64,000 nucleotides of DNA, from positions 1,359 to 65,358 of IMG/VR virus record IMGVR_UViG_3300031998_000077; one strand, 5' to 3'. Below, piece by piece: positions 45,832 through 54,153 of the stretch. The stretch comes from a virus. Taxonomy: Duplodnaviria > Caudoviricetes. Each line of letters begins with the position of its first letter. The first letter of the stretch is position 1. Below the pieces are notes generated by a model, which worked only from the letters and a program-made list of their open reading frames with translations, did no database searches and was not told the origin of the DNA. The translations under genes were made by a program, and so were the position numbers.

Positions 45832-46094
45832 CGTCCGCCCTCCTTGATGTTGATGGCGAAAGCCACGATGACGAACACGAGGACAAGCAACACCCCGGCA
45901 CAGAAACACGCGACGAAAGGCGCGTCGGTTTCCGGATAGTCCCGCGCGGCTGGTTCCGGTTCGGCTTGCTCTGTTTCCGTGTAGATCGTATGCCACACGT
46001 TTGCCGGATTCGTCCGGGCGTAAAGCGGGTTCGGGTTTACCGGGTTCATGGGGTTCATGGGGTTCATGGGGTGCATGGGGTTCGTGTAATCCAT
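45828..46094 (-). CDS. small membrane protein with (PMN)n repeat
   Basis: NPMHPMNPMNPMNP; C-terminal TM segment. Confidence 0.65.
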   Translation of the reverse strand: MDYTNPMHPMNPMNPMNPVNPNPLYARTNPANVWHTIYTETEQAEPEPAARDYPETDAPFVACFCAGVLLVLVFVIVAFAINIKEGGR

Positions 46095-46101
46095 GTGCGC
46101 C

Positions 46102-46335
46102 TCACGGTTTGTTGAAAAATTCCTTGATGCCTATTAGGATTGCTCCGAGGATGGTCGTTACGAGAGCCGTGATGATGGTTTTTCGGAACGTCTTTTTTCC
46201 CTCTTTCAGATAATCGGCAAACTCCTTCAACGTGGCGGCGGTGGCCGCGTCGATTCCGTTCGGACACGCCGGAACACTGTTTTTGAGTACGTTGGTGAAG
46301 ATTGCGGCGATTTCTTCTTTGTCTTTGTCTGTCAT
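46102..46335 (-). CDS. holin-like single-TM protein
   Basis: 77 aa with a C-terminal TM followed by basic residues. Confidence 0.5.
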   Translation of the reverse strand: MTDKDKEEIAAIFTNVLKNSVPACPNGIDAATAATLKEFADYLKEGKKTFRKTIITALVTTILGAILIGIKEFFNKP

Positions 46336-46709
46336 TTTACAGCCTCGAATACGAATGCCTTTCCGCGTTTGCGGATGATGGCTTTGAATCGTTTGTCTCC
46401 GCCTTGTACCAGTTGCTCTTGCTTGCGGATTTGGTCGATCAAGTACGTAGAGCCTGTAGTAACCGTCCGGAATCCGTCTCTTGCCATAAACTGCAATTTC
46501 AGGAACTCCTTTTGATCTTCCCCCTTGGCGTATTTGGACGGCAGAATAATCCAGTCCGTGAACACGATTGGCATGTTCACGATGGAATCAATGCTCGCCT
46601 CGTCTCCGTCGAGGAATTTCGTCTCTTTGGGCGGCGCGGCGATGCTGGGGATGTTCGCGCTGTCGTCCAGCGAGGGCGGTTCTACAGGCTTGTACGTCCG
46701 GTAGCTCAT
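46332..46709 (-). CDS. hypothetical protein downstream of the DGR RT (beta-rich, TGSxxLIDQI)
   Basis: ORF coupled to its neighbours. Confidence 0.7.
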   Translation of the reverse strand: MSYRTYKPVEPPSLDDSANIPSIAAPPKETKFLDGDEASIDSIVNMPIVFTDWIILPSKYAKGEDQKEFLKLQFMARDGFRTVTTGSTYLIDQIRKQEQLVQGGDKRFKAIIRKRGKAFVFEAVK

Positions 46710-47314
46710 CAGTCGAACAGCTCACACCAGTTGCGGGCGTTTGCTTCGAGATTACAGGAAACGAGAATCAGGTCGCCTTTCGCTTCCTTGATGACGTTTT
46801 CCGGGACTTGGTTGTCATGCGCCCATTGGAACATGTACTTGTCGTTGAAGTAGTCCGGCAACACGGAGCGGTCTTGGCCGACAGAGGCAAGAACCCGGTC
46901 GATGATCGCCCAAAAATCGGCCTTGATCTCTTCCCAGCGCGCGATGCCCTCCGGCGCGGCGGTCTGCCCCGGCTTCCGGATGGCATCTTTCACGGCGAGG
47001 ACGTGAGCCGTGTGTTTGTGATGGTATTTGAGGTCTTCTTGCACAGCAGGGGAGCCGTACAGGTATTCGCGGATGGCCGCGTAGCTCTGCGACACGCATT
47101 TGTCGTAGTTCTCCGTGTCTTGCCCCTTGTACTCGGTTTCGACCTCGAAGAAACGGTAGATCGTTCTTTCCCCGGTTTCGTCCGTCCTCGTCTCTTGACG
47201 AATGAAGATCGGGATGAACAGGTTCTTTCCCTCTCTGCGGATGACGGGGTAATCCTCGCTCTCCGTTTCGGGCAGGAAGTAGGTTTGCAGTCCGTTCGGG
47301 ATGTTGTTCAGCAT
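46709..47314 (-). CDS. hypothetical protein overlapping the RT stop
   Basis: GGAGG RBS before MLNNIP. Confidence 0.7.
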   Translation of the reverse strand: MLNNIPNGLQTYFLPETESEDYPVIRREGKNLFIPIFIRQETRTDETGERTIYRFFEVETEYKGQDTENYDKCVSQSYAAIREYLYGSPAVQEDLKYHHKHTAHVLAVKDAIRKPGQTAAPEGIARWEEIKADFWAIIDRVLASVGQDRSVLPDYFNDKYMFQWAHDNQVPENVIKEAKGDLILVSCNLEANARNWCELFD

Positions 47315-48321
47315 GGCTTTTTGTCCTCCAATTTGGTGAAAGGTTTCTCGAAAAACTTGTGCCACAATCTATCACCGCGCGTCAACCACTTTATGATACC
47401 CCAATAGCTCGACAGAGGGCGGCGGTTCTTCTCCGTGGGCTTTTCGTTGTAACGCTTTGCCGCGTGGCAGTAATTCCGCTCCGTCTTGCGCCGCAACACG
47501 ATTTCGTCGCGCCGGAACACGTAGCCGAGGAAGTCAAGCCCGTATCGTTCGATGGGGAATATCTGTGCGTTCGGTTTCAGCGTCAGTTTCAGTTCCGCGA
47601 ATTTCTCTCCCGTCTCCCGGAGCAGATCGCGGAGACTGTCTTTGTCTGATGACACGATCACGATGTCGTCGCAGTACCGGGAGTAGTGTTTGTAGCCGCT
47701 GTCCTTGACGAATCGGTCGTAGCTCGACAGGTAGTAGTTCGCCAGCAGTTGCGAGATGTAGTTTCCGATTGGCAGTCCCGGCGAATGCGAATCAATGATG
47801 ATGTCGAACAGGTGAAGAACGCGCTTGTCTTTGATCTTGCGCCGGAGTTTCCTTTTCAAAATGTCATGGTCGATGCTCTGATAGTATTTCCGCACGTCCA
47901 TTTTCAGAATGTAGATCGGCACGTCCGGCGGGTATTCCGCGAGGAACCGCTTGATGCGCTCTATCCCTTTTCGGATGCCCCGTTTCTTGATGCCGGCATA
48001 CGTGTCTTCGATGAGCGTCTTTGTCAGGTATCTCCCGGCCACGCGCTCGATTGCGTGTTGTACCAAATTGTCTTTGTAGCTGGGGTTCCAATGGATGATG
48101 CGGAGCTTCCCGCTGTCGAAACGCGGGAATTGCCGATAGCCGAAAATGCTCCACCTGTCCTCTGCGAGTTCATGGTGGAGTTTCCGGATGTTATCACGAA
48201 AGTGTTTCTCGAATCGAAACAACTGATAGTATCGTCTCTTGTTCCGTCGCGCCTCACGGTGCGCTTCAACAAGATTTTTGGTTGAAACGATTTCGTCGAA
48301 GCTGTTGCCAAGTCGTTTCAT
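47308..48321 (-). CDS. DGR reverse transcriptase
   Basis: GLPIGNYISQLLANYYL, YSRYCDD, DFLGY; adjacent TR/VR pair. Confidence 0.95.
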   Translation of the reverse strand: MKRLGNSFDEIVSTKNLVEAHREARRNKRRYYQLFRFEKHFRDNIRKLHHELAEDRWSIFGYRQFPRFDSGKLRIIHWNPSYKDNLVQHAIERVAGRYLTKTLIEDTYAGIKKRGIRKGIERIKRFLAEYPPDVPIYILKMDVRKYYQSIDHDILKRKLRRKIKDKRVLHLFDIIIDSHSPGLPIGNYISQLLANYYLSSYDRFVKDSGYKHYSRYCDDIVIVSSDKDSLRDLLRETGEKFAELKLTLKPNAQIFPIERYGLDFLGYVFRRDEIVLRRKTERNYCHAAKRYNEKPTEKNRRPLSSYWGIIKWLTRGDRLWHKFFEKPFTKLEDKKPC

Positions 48322-48487
48322 ATCTTTTTTGTTACTGCAATGGCCGCCCTGTGGGGCTTCCGAATAGGCCGTATCACACAAACCTACCTACTAACTCCGA
48401 GCGACAGTTCCGGCTTGTCCTTGCGGGGCAAGCTCACTTCACCTTTGTCCGGTGTGGGATTCTGTGTCAAAAAAAGATGTGTTTGCC

Positions 48488-48605
48488 GCGAGGCGCGCGC
48501 CGATATTCGTCCTCGCATTCGTCAACCCGTTGTTCACGTTGACGTAGAACAACCCATCGTTCCGACCGTTATTCGGGTTGCCGCCACGGTACACGACACG
48601 AGCGC
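48488..48605 (-). repeat. DGR template repeat (TR), 118 bp
   Basis: Matches the VR except at 8 positions, all A in the TR coding strand; AAC/AAT-rich. Confidence 0.97.
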
Positions 48606-48659
48606 GCGCAAAAATGACACAAAACGCCGTTTTTTGTTTTCTTTTAGCTCCGGGTTACG

Positions 48660-48696
48660 GGCTGAAAAGCCGCCTTGGGAGCGGCATTTTCAGCCG
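48660..48696. other. long hairpin between VR and TR
   Basis: GGCTGAAAA-GCCGC...GCGGC-A-TTTTCAGCC. Confidence 0.6.
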
Positions 48697-48788
48697 TTTT
48701 CGTTCTCGTTTTCGTTCTCGGTTGGCGGAGGGCGCGCATTCGTGCCAAACGTGCTTGACGTGATGCGCCCCCCGTCCGACCGATTGCA

Positions 48789-50663
48789 TTATGCGGCCTG
48801 CGTTTGTTCGACGGCAGCGAGGCGCGCGCCGATATTCGCCCCCGCAATCGACAACCCGTGGTACACGTAGACGTAGAACAACCCATCGTTCCGACCGTTA
48901 TGCGGGTTGCCGCCACGGTACACGACACGAGCGCCTTTGCCAGTGTCGTTGTAGAAGTAGTCAGCGAGGAATCCCGTTGCTCCGGAACCAGTGCCGCCGA
49001 CCGCCGTCGGGAAGTAGGTCAGCGGGTCATAGAGGCGAATATAACCGCCCGCTTTCGGCCACGCTTGGGAAACCCACATAATGTTTGCTCCGGTGTAGCC
49101 CGTCGCCGGGAACGGCGCATTTTCGGCTCCGTAGCCCTTATCGCTGTCGAGCTGGCTGTACTGGTTGATGTCGGTGGTGAACCAGTAGCCGCTTTCGCGG
49201 TAATCGTCGTCGTAGGATGCGACGGGGATGTTCCGGTTGGTCGTCAGCGTATTGTCGCTGTAGGTCGCGGCGGTTGCCGCCGGGTGTTCGTCCGCCGTGA
49301 AGATCGTGGTTTCGCTCGTGGCGTTGTACCACGCATAAGCCCACGTCTCCGGGCTGTCGCTGATTTTGTGGTCGCTGTCCGGGTGGCGGTCGTACTTGAC
49401 GGAAACATCGCTTTCGTTGCAGTAGATGTCGGCCTCCGACTTGATTTGATATTTTTGGATGCCGTCATCGAACTCCCAAATGTTCCCCCACAGATTTTCC
49501 ACGCCGCGATAGCTCATGGCGACAACTTTCTGTGCGCCGTTCTGCCAGTGTCCTTCGAGGTCGTAATCCTCGCCCGCCTCCGTCGTTTCGGCGATACTGC
49601 CGTAGCTGGTCGTCAGCCCGGTGTTGGAGTACGCGGTGTCTCCGGCCGCCGGAGTTGCGCTGGCGGTGTAGACGAATGCCGCGCCGTCTTCCCATGCGTA
49701 GGCGGAACCGCTGTCGCTCGCCGGGTGGCGGGTAAAGACTTGGTTCAGCACGGTAATCGTCGGGGCTTCGCTGTCGGCGATGATTTCCCCGGTGGCGTTG
49801 CCGAGGCCAGCCGTCCGCCCGTTCTTCCGGACGTATGCGTAATCGAACGCGGAAAGTTCGGACAGGCCGAGCGAGACAGCCGCTTGGCAGTCCGTGTTCG
49901 CATATTCGATTTCGATGAGCCAGCCCAGCCACACTTTCATCAGCCAGTTGCACAGCGTCGCGTGTCCGGCGACCGCCTTGGAGCGGAACGTTGCGCGGTT
50001 GCTGTTCGTGGACGGCTTTTGCCCGGCGATGGAGCGGAGGACGTTGTTGGAGATCACGCCTTGGAATGCGCCGATGAATTGCTTTTGGAGGGTGTCGCCG
50101 CCGTAGGAAACGCGGAACGCCGGGAACGCGGAAGCGTTCGGGAAAGGCTTGTCCGAGATCAGTTTCTTGTAGATGGCGTGTCCGGTAACGGAATCCGTTT
50201 CCTTGATGAGGCGGTAGTAGCCGATGGGAGCATCGACCATGACATCTCCGTCCGTGCCGTCGAGCTTGGCCGCCGTGCCGTCGGCTTTCAGGTTGCTGTT
50301 GCCAGCGTTGAGGTAGTATTGCACCTCGCGCTTGTTGCTCGAAGAGTTCCACGCCTGAACGCATCTGCGGAGGTTGTGGCAAGGCATCTGCGTGAACGCT
50401 TCAACGTCCTGAATCGTTTCGCCGTCCGTGGAAAGAACAATCCGTTGCATGGATTGGGTGGGGCTTGCCACGGTGGTGTCTTTTCTTGCGCCGTAGACGT
50501 AGGCTTGACCGAGCTTGTTCGGCCACACGGCCACGCCGCCGGGGGTTGCGCCGTCGCCAAACCGGAGTTCTCCGGACTTGGTAACGAGCAGTTCGCCTTT
50601 CGCGGGCGTTGCGGCATTCAGAGCGGCATCGTCGGCGGAAACGGGTGCGATGAGTTTCGACAT
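48789..50663 (-). CDS. DGR target: tail fibre/adhesin with Mtd_N-like N-terminus and C-terminal C-type-lectin-fold VR
   Basis: GELLVTKSGELRFGDG; GVENLWGNIWEFDDG; VYRGG...GARL VR at the C-terminus. Confidence 0.92.
   Translation of the reverse strand: MSKLIAPVSADDAALNAATPAKGELLVTKSGELRFGDGATPGGVAVWPNKLGQAYVYGARKDTTVASPTQSMQRIVLSTDGETIQDVEAFTQMPCHNLRRCVQAWNSSSNKREVQYYLNAGNSNLKADGTAAKLDGTDGDVMVDAPIGYYRLIKETDSVTGHAIYKKLISDKPFPNASAFPAFRVSYGGDTLQKQFIGAFQGVISNNVLRSIAGQKPSTNSNRATFRSKAVAGHATLCNWLMKVWLGWLIEIEYANTDCQAAVSLGLSELSAFDYAYVRKNGRTAGLGNATGEIIADSEAPTITVLNQVFTRHPASDSGSAYAWEDGAAFVYTASATPAAGDTAYSNTGLTTSYGSIAETTEAGEDYDLEGHWQNGAQKVVAMSYRGVENLWGNIWEFDDGIQKYQIKSEADIYCNESDVSVKYDRHPDSDHKISDSPETWAYAWYNATSETTIFTADEHPAATAATYSDNTLTTNRNIPVASYDDDYRESGYWFTTDINQYSQLDSDKGYGAENAPFPATGYTGANIMWVSQAWPKAGGYIRLYDPLTYFPTAVGGTGSGATGFLADYFYNDTGKGARVVYRGGNPHNGRNDGLFYVYVYHGLSIAGANIGARLAAVEQTQAA
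48817..48934 (-). repeat. DGR variable repeat (VR)
   Basis: 3' end of the target; TR NPN..VNVNNGLTNART becomes VR NPH..VYVYHGLSIAGA. Confidence 0.97.
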
Positions 50664-50712
50664 TTGTTTGTCTCCTGTTTTGTTTTATGGTTTGGGTGGG
50701 ATTGGGTTTCGA

Positions 50713-51381
50713 TTATGAGGCAGACCACGCGCCGAACTGCACCACGTTGTCGTAGTTGTCAGTCCACACGCCGCAAGCCAGCGTTCCTTGCACGGGTTCG
50801 CCGCCCTCGATGATGATTTGCACGTCTGCGGCGAGCTGGGCGACCGTCGTATAGAGGCCGCTGTTGACGATCTTGCCGCCGGGCGTTGTGCCGTCTCCGA
50901 CGTACACATTGCCGTCCGTGCTGTCGTAGATGATCGCGCCGATGTCAGGCACATAGGCCGTTCTCTGCGCCGTCGTTTGAACGGTGATGCTTCCGGTCGA
51001 GGAAAGGTTTACCATCGTCGTGCCGCTCCACGTGAAGAGCGTCGTGCCGTCCATGTTGAAATACACGTGGCCGGATACCGGGTCTTCGGGGCTTCCCCAC
51101 GATGCCGAAACGCCCTCGCCGCTGGATGCCGTGCAAGAGTACAGGCGTTTCGTGGTGGTGTTGTAGTACCGCTGGCCGAGGCTCGCCGTGGTCGGCGCGT
51201 TCGACGCGAAGCAGATCAGCTTTTCGATGTCTTGCGCGAAAGGCTGTCCGCCCCGGTACAGCACCTCATCATCGGTGATGAAATACAGCCAGTTCGATTG
51301 TTTCACCTCGATTGCGGTGAACTCTGCCCGCGTACCCGCCCAAAATTGTACGCGCGTTGCGTCGGTTTGAGTTTGAGGCAT
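50713..51381 (-). CDS. tail-fibre-associated protein with Mtd_N-like motif
   Basis: GAIIYDSTDGNVYVGDGTTPGG resembles the target N-terminus. Confidence 0.65.
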   Translation of the reverse strand: MPQTQTDATRVQFWAGTRAEFTAIEVKQSNWLYFITDDEVLYRGGQPFAQDIEKLICFASNAPTTASLGQRYYNTTTKRLYSCTASSGEGVSASWGSPEDPVSGHVYFNMDGTTLFTWSGTTMVNLSSTGSITVQTTAQRTAYVPDIGAIIYDSTDGNVYVGDGTTPGGKIVNSGLYTTVAQLAADVQIIIEGGEPVQGTLACGVWTDNYDNVVQFGAWSAS

Positions 51382-51407
51382 TTGTTTTTTCTCCTGTTTG
51401 GTTGTTT

Positions 51408-52622
51408 TTAGGCAAGTCCGGCGCGCCGGAACGCCTCGATGTCAAGTTGTTTCAACTCTTGAATGGTGAATTGAACGTTTGTTGCGGGGTTGATGAATCT
51501 GTTGAGGGGCAGTTCTCCTTTCGTGTAAAGTGCGTATCTCGTCTTGCCGAGGTAGGATTCGATGTAGGCATCGTCTTTCGTTTTCAGCCAGTCGGCGAAA
51601 CTCATGTTTTGCGGGACTTCCTCGAACGCGGGCTTGCCCGTCCGCTCTTCGTAGTCCTTTTGCGCCTTGTAGTAGTATTTCAGCTTCGTGCTACGTGCGA
51701 GGTCGCTGAATCGCTTGCCGGGGTGTTCCTCGTTGTATGCCTTTTCCGCTTCTTTCCAGTAGTTTTCCTCTTCTGCCGGACGTTTCGAGCGGTTGATCTC
51801 GTGCATCTCCGTTACGGGGAGGTGAACACAGCGGCAGTTCGGGTGAATCGGGAGGTTCGGGACAAGGTTCAGTTGCCCCGGATTTTTCCAAATCCGCCCG
51901 TCGAGGTTCCCGCAGACAAGACAGGTGTTCCCCGAAAGCGTCGCCACGTGCATGATGCCGATGATGACATCTTGATTCTCGATGTAGAATTGCATCTTTG
52001 CCTCGTCCGCGATTCCCATGCACCCGGTTCGCGCTATCGTTTCGGCCTCGCTTCGCGTCGCCTCGAAAACACCGTCCTTGTAATCGGATTCCTTTGTGCC
52101 GCGAATCTCTTTCACAATGGTGTTCAGCGTCTTGTTTTTCCGGACACCCTCGCGGCAGATTTCGGAAATCCGCTTCGCGTCTTCCTGTGCCGCCGCCTCG
52201 ATGCTTTCGCTGATCGTCTGCCCGTCTTCGACCGTCGCGTATTTCACGATGGCCGATACCCGGATGTTCTTGTTCAGCCCGGTTGCGCCGCTTCGCTTGG
52301 CGATGGCCGCCGCCCATTTCGCCTCGTTTTCTGCGAGGTGTTCGCATTGGCGCGCCATGTAGTCCGCCATTGTTGCGAAACTCTTCGCGCGGAGTTGCAG
52401 TATCTTCGCGTTCATTGCCAAATACTGCTTTTGCGCCGCCGCGCTGTAGTCGGCGATGTGGTACTCTTCCAGCAGATCGGACAGGGAAGCGATAAGCTCC
52501 GTGTTCGTGCTGTCGGCATCACCGCGCAACTCTGCCGCCCATGCCGCCGCCAGCCGCATGAGGCTCGCTTGATGCTCCGCCGCGATGTAGGCGATGTCTT
52601 TTTCGCTCGCTTTCTTCTTCAT
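51408..52622 (-). CDS. minor head/morphogenesis protein (SPP1 gp7/MuF-like)
   Basis: AETIART, HVATL...TCLVCGNLDG, PIHPNCRC. Confidence 0.9.
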   Translation of the reverse strand: MKKKASEKDIAYIAAEHQASLMRLAAAWAAELRGDADSTNTELIASLSDLLEEYHIADYSAAAQKQYLAMNAKILQLRAKSFATMADYMARQCEHLAENEAKWAAAIAKRSGATGLNKNIRVSAIVKYATVEDGQTISESIEAAAQEDAKRISEICREGVRKNKTLNTIVKEIRGTKESDYKDGVFEATRSEAETIARTGCMGIADEAKMQFYIENQDVIIGIMHVATLSGNTCLVCGNLDGRIWKNPGQLNLVPNLPIHPNCRCVHLPVTEMHEINRSKRPAEEENYWKEAEKAYNEEHPGKRFSDLARSTKLKYYYKAQKDYEERTGKPAFEEVPQNMSFADWLKTKDDAYIESYLGKTRYALYTKGELPLNRFINPATNVQFTIQELKQLDIEAFRRAGLA

Positions 52623-54130
52623 AACTGTGCGTTATCCGGGGGATTCGTCCGGTTGCCGTACTGGATGCCCGCCTCTTCGTCCGCCGCGCGTTCGAGTTCG
52701 AGTTTCTTTTGGTTCTGCTCGAAATCGTTCTGCGTGAGGTTCGCCTTTTTGAGGAGGTTGTGGAAATCTTCTTGCGTGAGCGGCAGACCTTCCGCTTTCA
52801 TGCTGTGCCACATGGATTGGAGGCTGTTGATCTCCGGCGTGGTGTCTTCCACCTTTGCCGCCTTGAAAACAACCTTTTTGTACGTCTCTTCCCGTGGCAT
52901 TCCAGCCCATTCCGCCGCGTACCGGAGCTGTTCGGTGATCGCGTTCGCCGTGTTCTGATTGATCGGCTCGATGCGCGCGCTCTTGCTGTTCTGTACGATT
53001 TCCAAGGCCGCGCCGGACTGGTTCGCGCCCACGTCCAGCATTGTCATAATTCTCTGCTGGCACATCGTGTGCAATTGCGTCAGGCTCGCAAGTTGGAGGT
53101 TTGCCCCGCCGCCCGGAGAACTCACCACCGCGATGTCTTCGTTTTCGCCGAGGTGAACGATGCCGCCCGCGCCGATGGATAGTTTTTTCTGCCGGGACGG
53201 GTCGGCGCACCCGGTATGCTTGTAGAAATCGCTTGCCGTGAAATGGAGCGTCTGCCTGTAGTCCGCGTCGCCGCGATACAGCGCAAGCACCAAATCGACA
53301 AGATCGTACAGCGGCGGGTCGTCGTAGTGGCCGCCGGAAAGGTCGGTCGCGTTGACGAACGTGAACGGAATCCTGTTCAGGCGTTTTCCCCGGCATTCCG
53401 GGTAGACCGCCTCGCCCATCTGCGGCTTGTCAGGCGTTGCCGTTTCCGGAGGATTTTCGAGGTCGAAACTGGCGTAGTCGCCCGGCTCCATGAGCGCGGT
53501 GTAGTATTCCCCTCTCGCGTCGAGGCCGAGAACGCGCCATTTCCGAACGAAATCGCGCTGTTTCGTCTGCGGGTTGAATACATCGTCCGATTCGTCCAGC
53601 AGTACCAGCCGCGCATAGCTTTCCCCGGTTTCCCGGTCGATCTCGAAAACCTTGTCTTTGATGCTTTCCGGTTGCCACACGTTGATGTAGAAATCCGGCG
53701 CGTCGCTCGCCGCGTCCTTGCCGTTCACTTCGAGCTGTAGCCCGGCGCACCCCGTAATCATTATGAGCTTGTCGAGCTTCGCTTTCAGCGCGATCAATCC
53801 GTCATGGTAGATCGTCGCCGCCTGTTCCATGAATGCGATGCTCGGCGGCAGTTGGATGGTAGGCTCGCCTTTTTTCAGCACACCCAAGACCGTTTCCACC
53901 GCGTCCCGCATATAGCTGTAGAACACCGCGCGCGATTTGTAATCGTCGTAATCCTGTTCGCCAGCCTTGCCGCCGTCTTTGTGCCAGCGGCTTTTCGGCA
54001 GATAGATTTCGGATTTTTCCTTGATGTTGTCGCTTCCCGCGTACACGTCCCGGCATCTCTTCCATTTTTGGAGGAAGAAATCGTACCCCGTGCAAGTGTA
54101 GGAGGCCAGCGTGGTTGATTTCATGCTCAT
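52619..54130 (-). CDS. portal protein (DUF4055-like)
   Basis: WKRCRDVYAG...YLPK...YKSRAVFY; PPLYDL...YRGDADY; precedes the MuF-like gene. Confidence 0.9.
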   Translation of the reverse strand: MSMKSTTLASYTCTGYDFFLQKWKRCRDVYAGSDNIKEKSEIYLPKSRWHKDGGKAGEQDYDDYKSRAVFYSYMRDAVETVLGVLKKGEPTIQLPPSIAFMEQAATIYHDGLIALKAKLDKLIMITGCAGLQLEVNGKDAASDAPDFYINVWQPESIKDKVFEIDRETGESYARLVLLDESDDVFNPQTKQRDFVRKWRVLGLDARGEYYTALMEPGDYASFDLENPPETATPDKPQMGEAVYPECRGKRLNRIPFTFVNATDLSGGHYDDPPLYDLVDLVLALYRGDADYRQTLHFTASDFYKHTGCADPSRQKKLSIGAGGIVHLGENEDIAVVSSPGGGANLQLASLTQLHTMCQQRIMTMLDVGANQSGAALEIVQNSKSARIEPINQNTANAITEQLRYAAEWAGMPREETYKKVVFKAAKVEDTTPEINSLQSMWHSMKAEGLPLTQEDFHNLLKKANLTQNDFEQNQKKLELERAADEEAGIQYGNRTNPPDNAQL

Positions 54131-54153
54131 TCCTTTTTATCCTTTCTTCGGTT

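Noticed and set aside
47308-48321. Group II intron or retron RT
   Set aside because: No maturase/endonuclease domain or msr-msd; the adjacent TR/VR pair with A-specific mismatches identifies a DGR
48644-48928. 94-aa ORF as avd
   Set aside because: It overlaps the VR in another frame, has low-complexity composition and no RBS, and shows no four-helix character
48804-50813. 669-aa + strand ORF (and similar long antisense ORFs at 37471..39033, 39806..41074, 51357..52958, 55062..56564)
   Set aside because: Shadow ORFs opposite well-supported genes, produced by GC-rich codon bias
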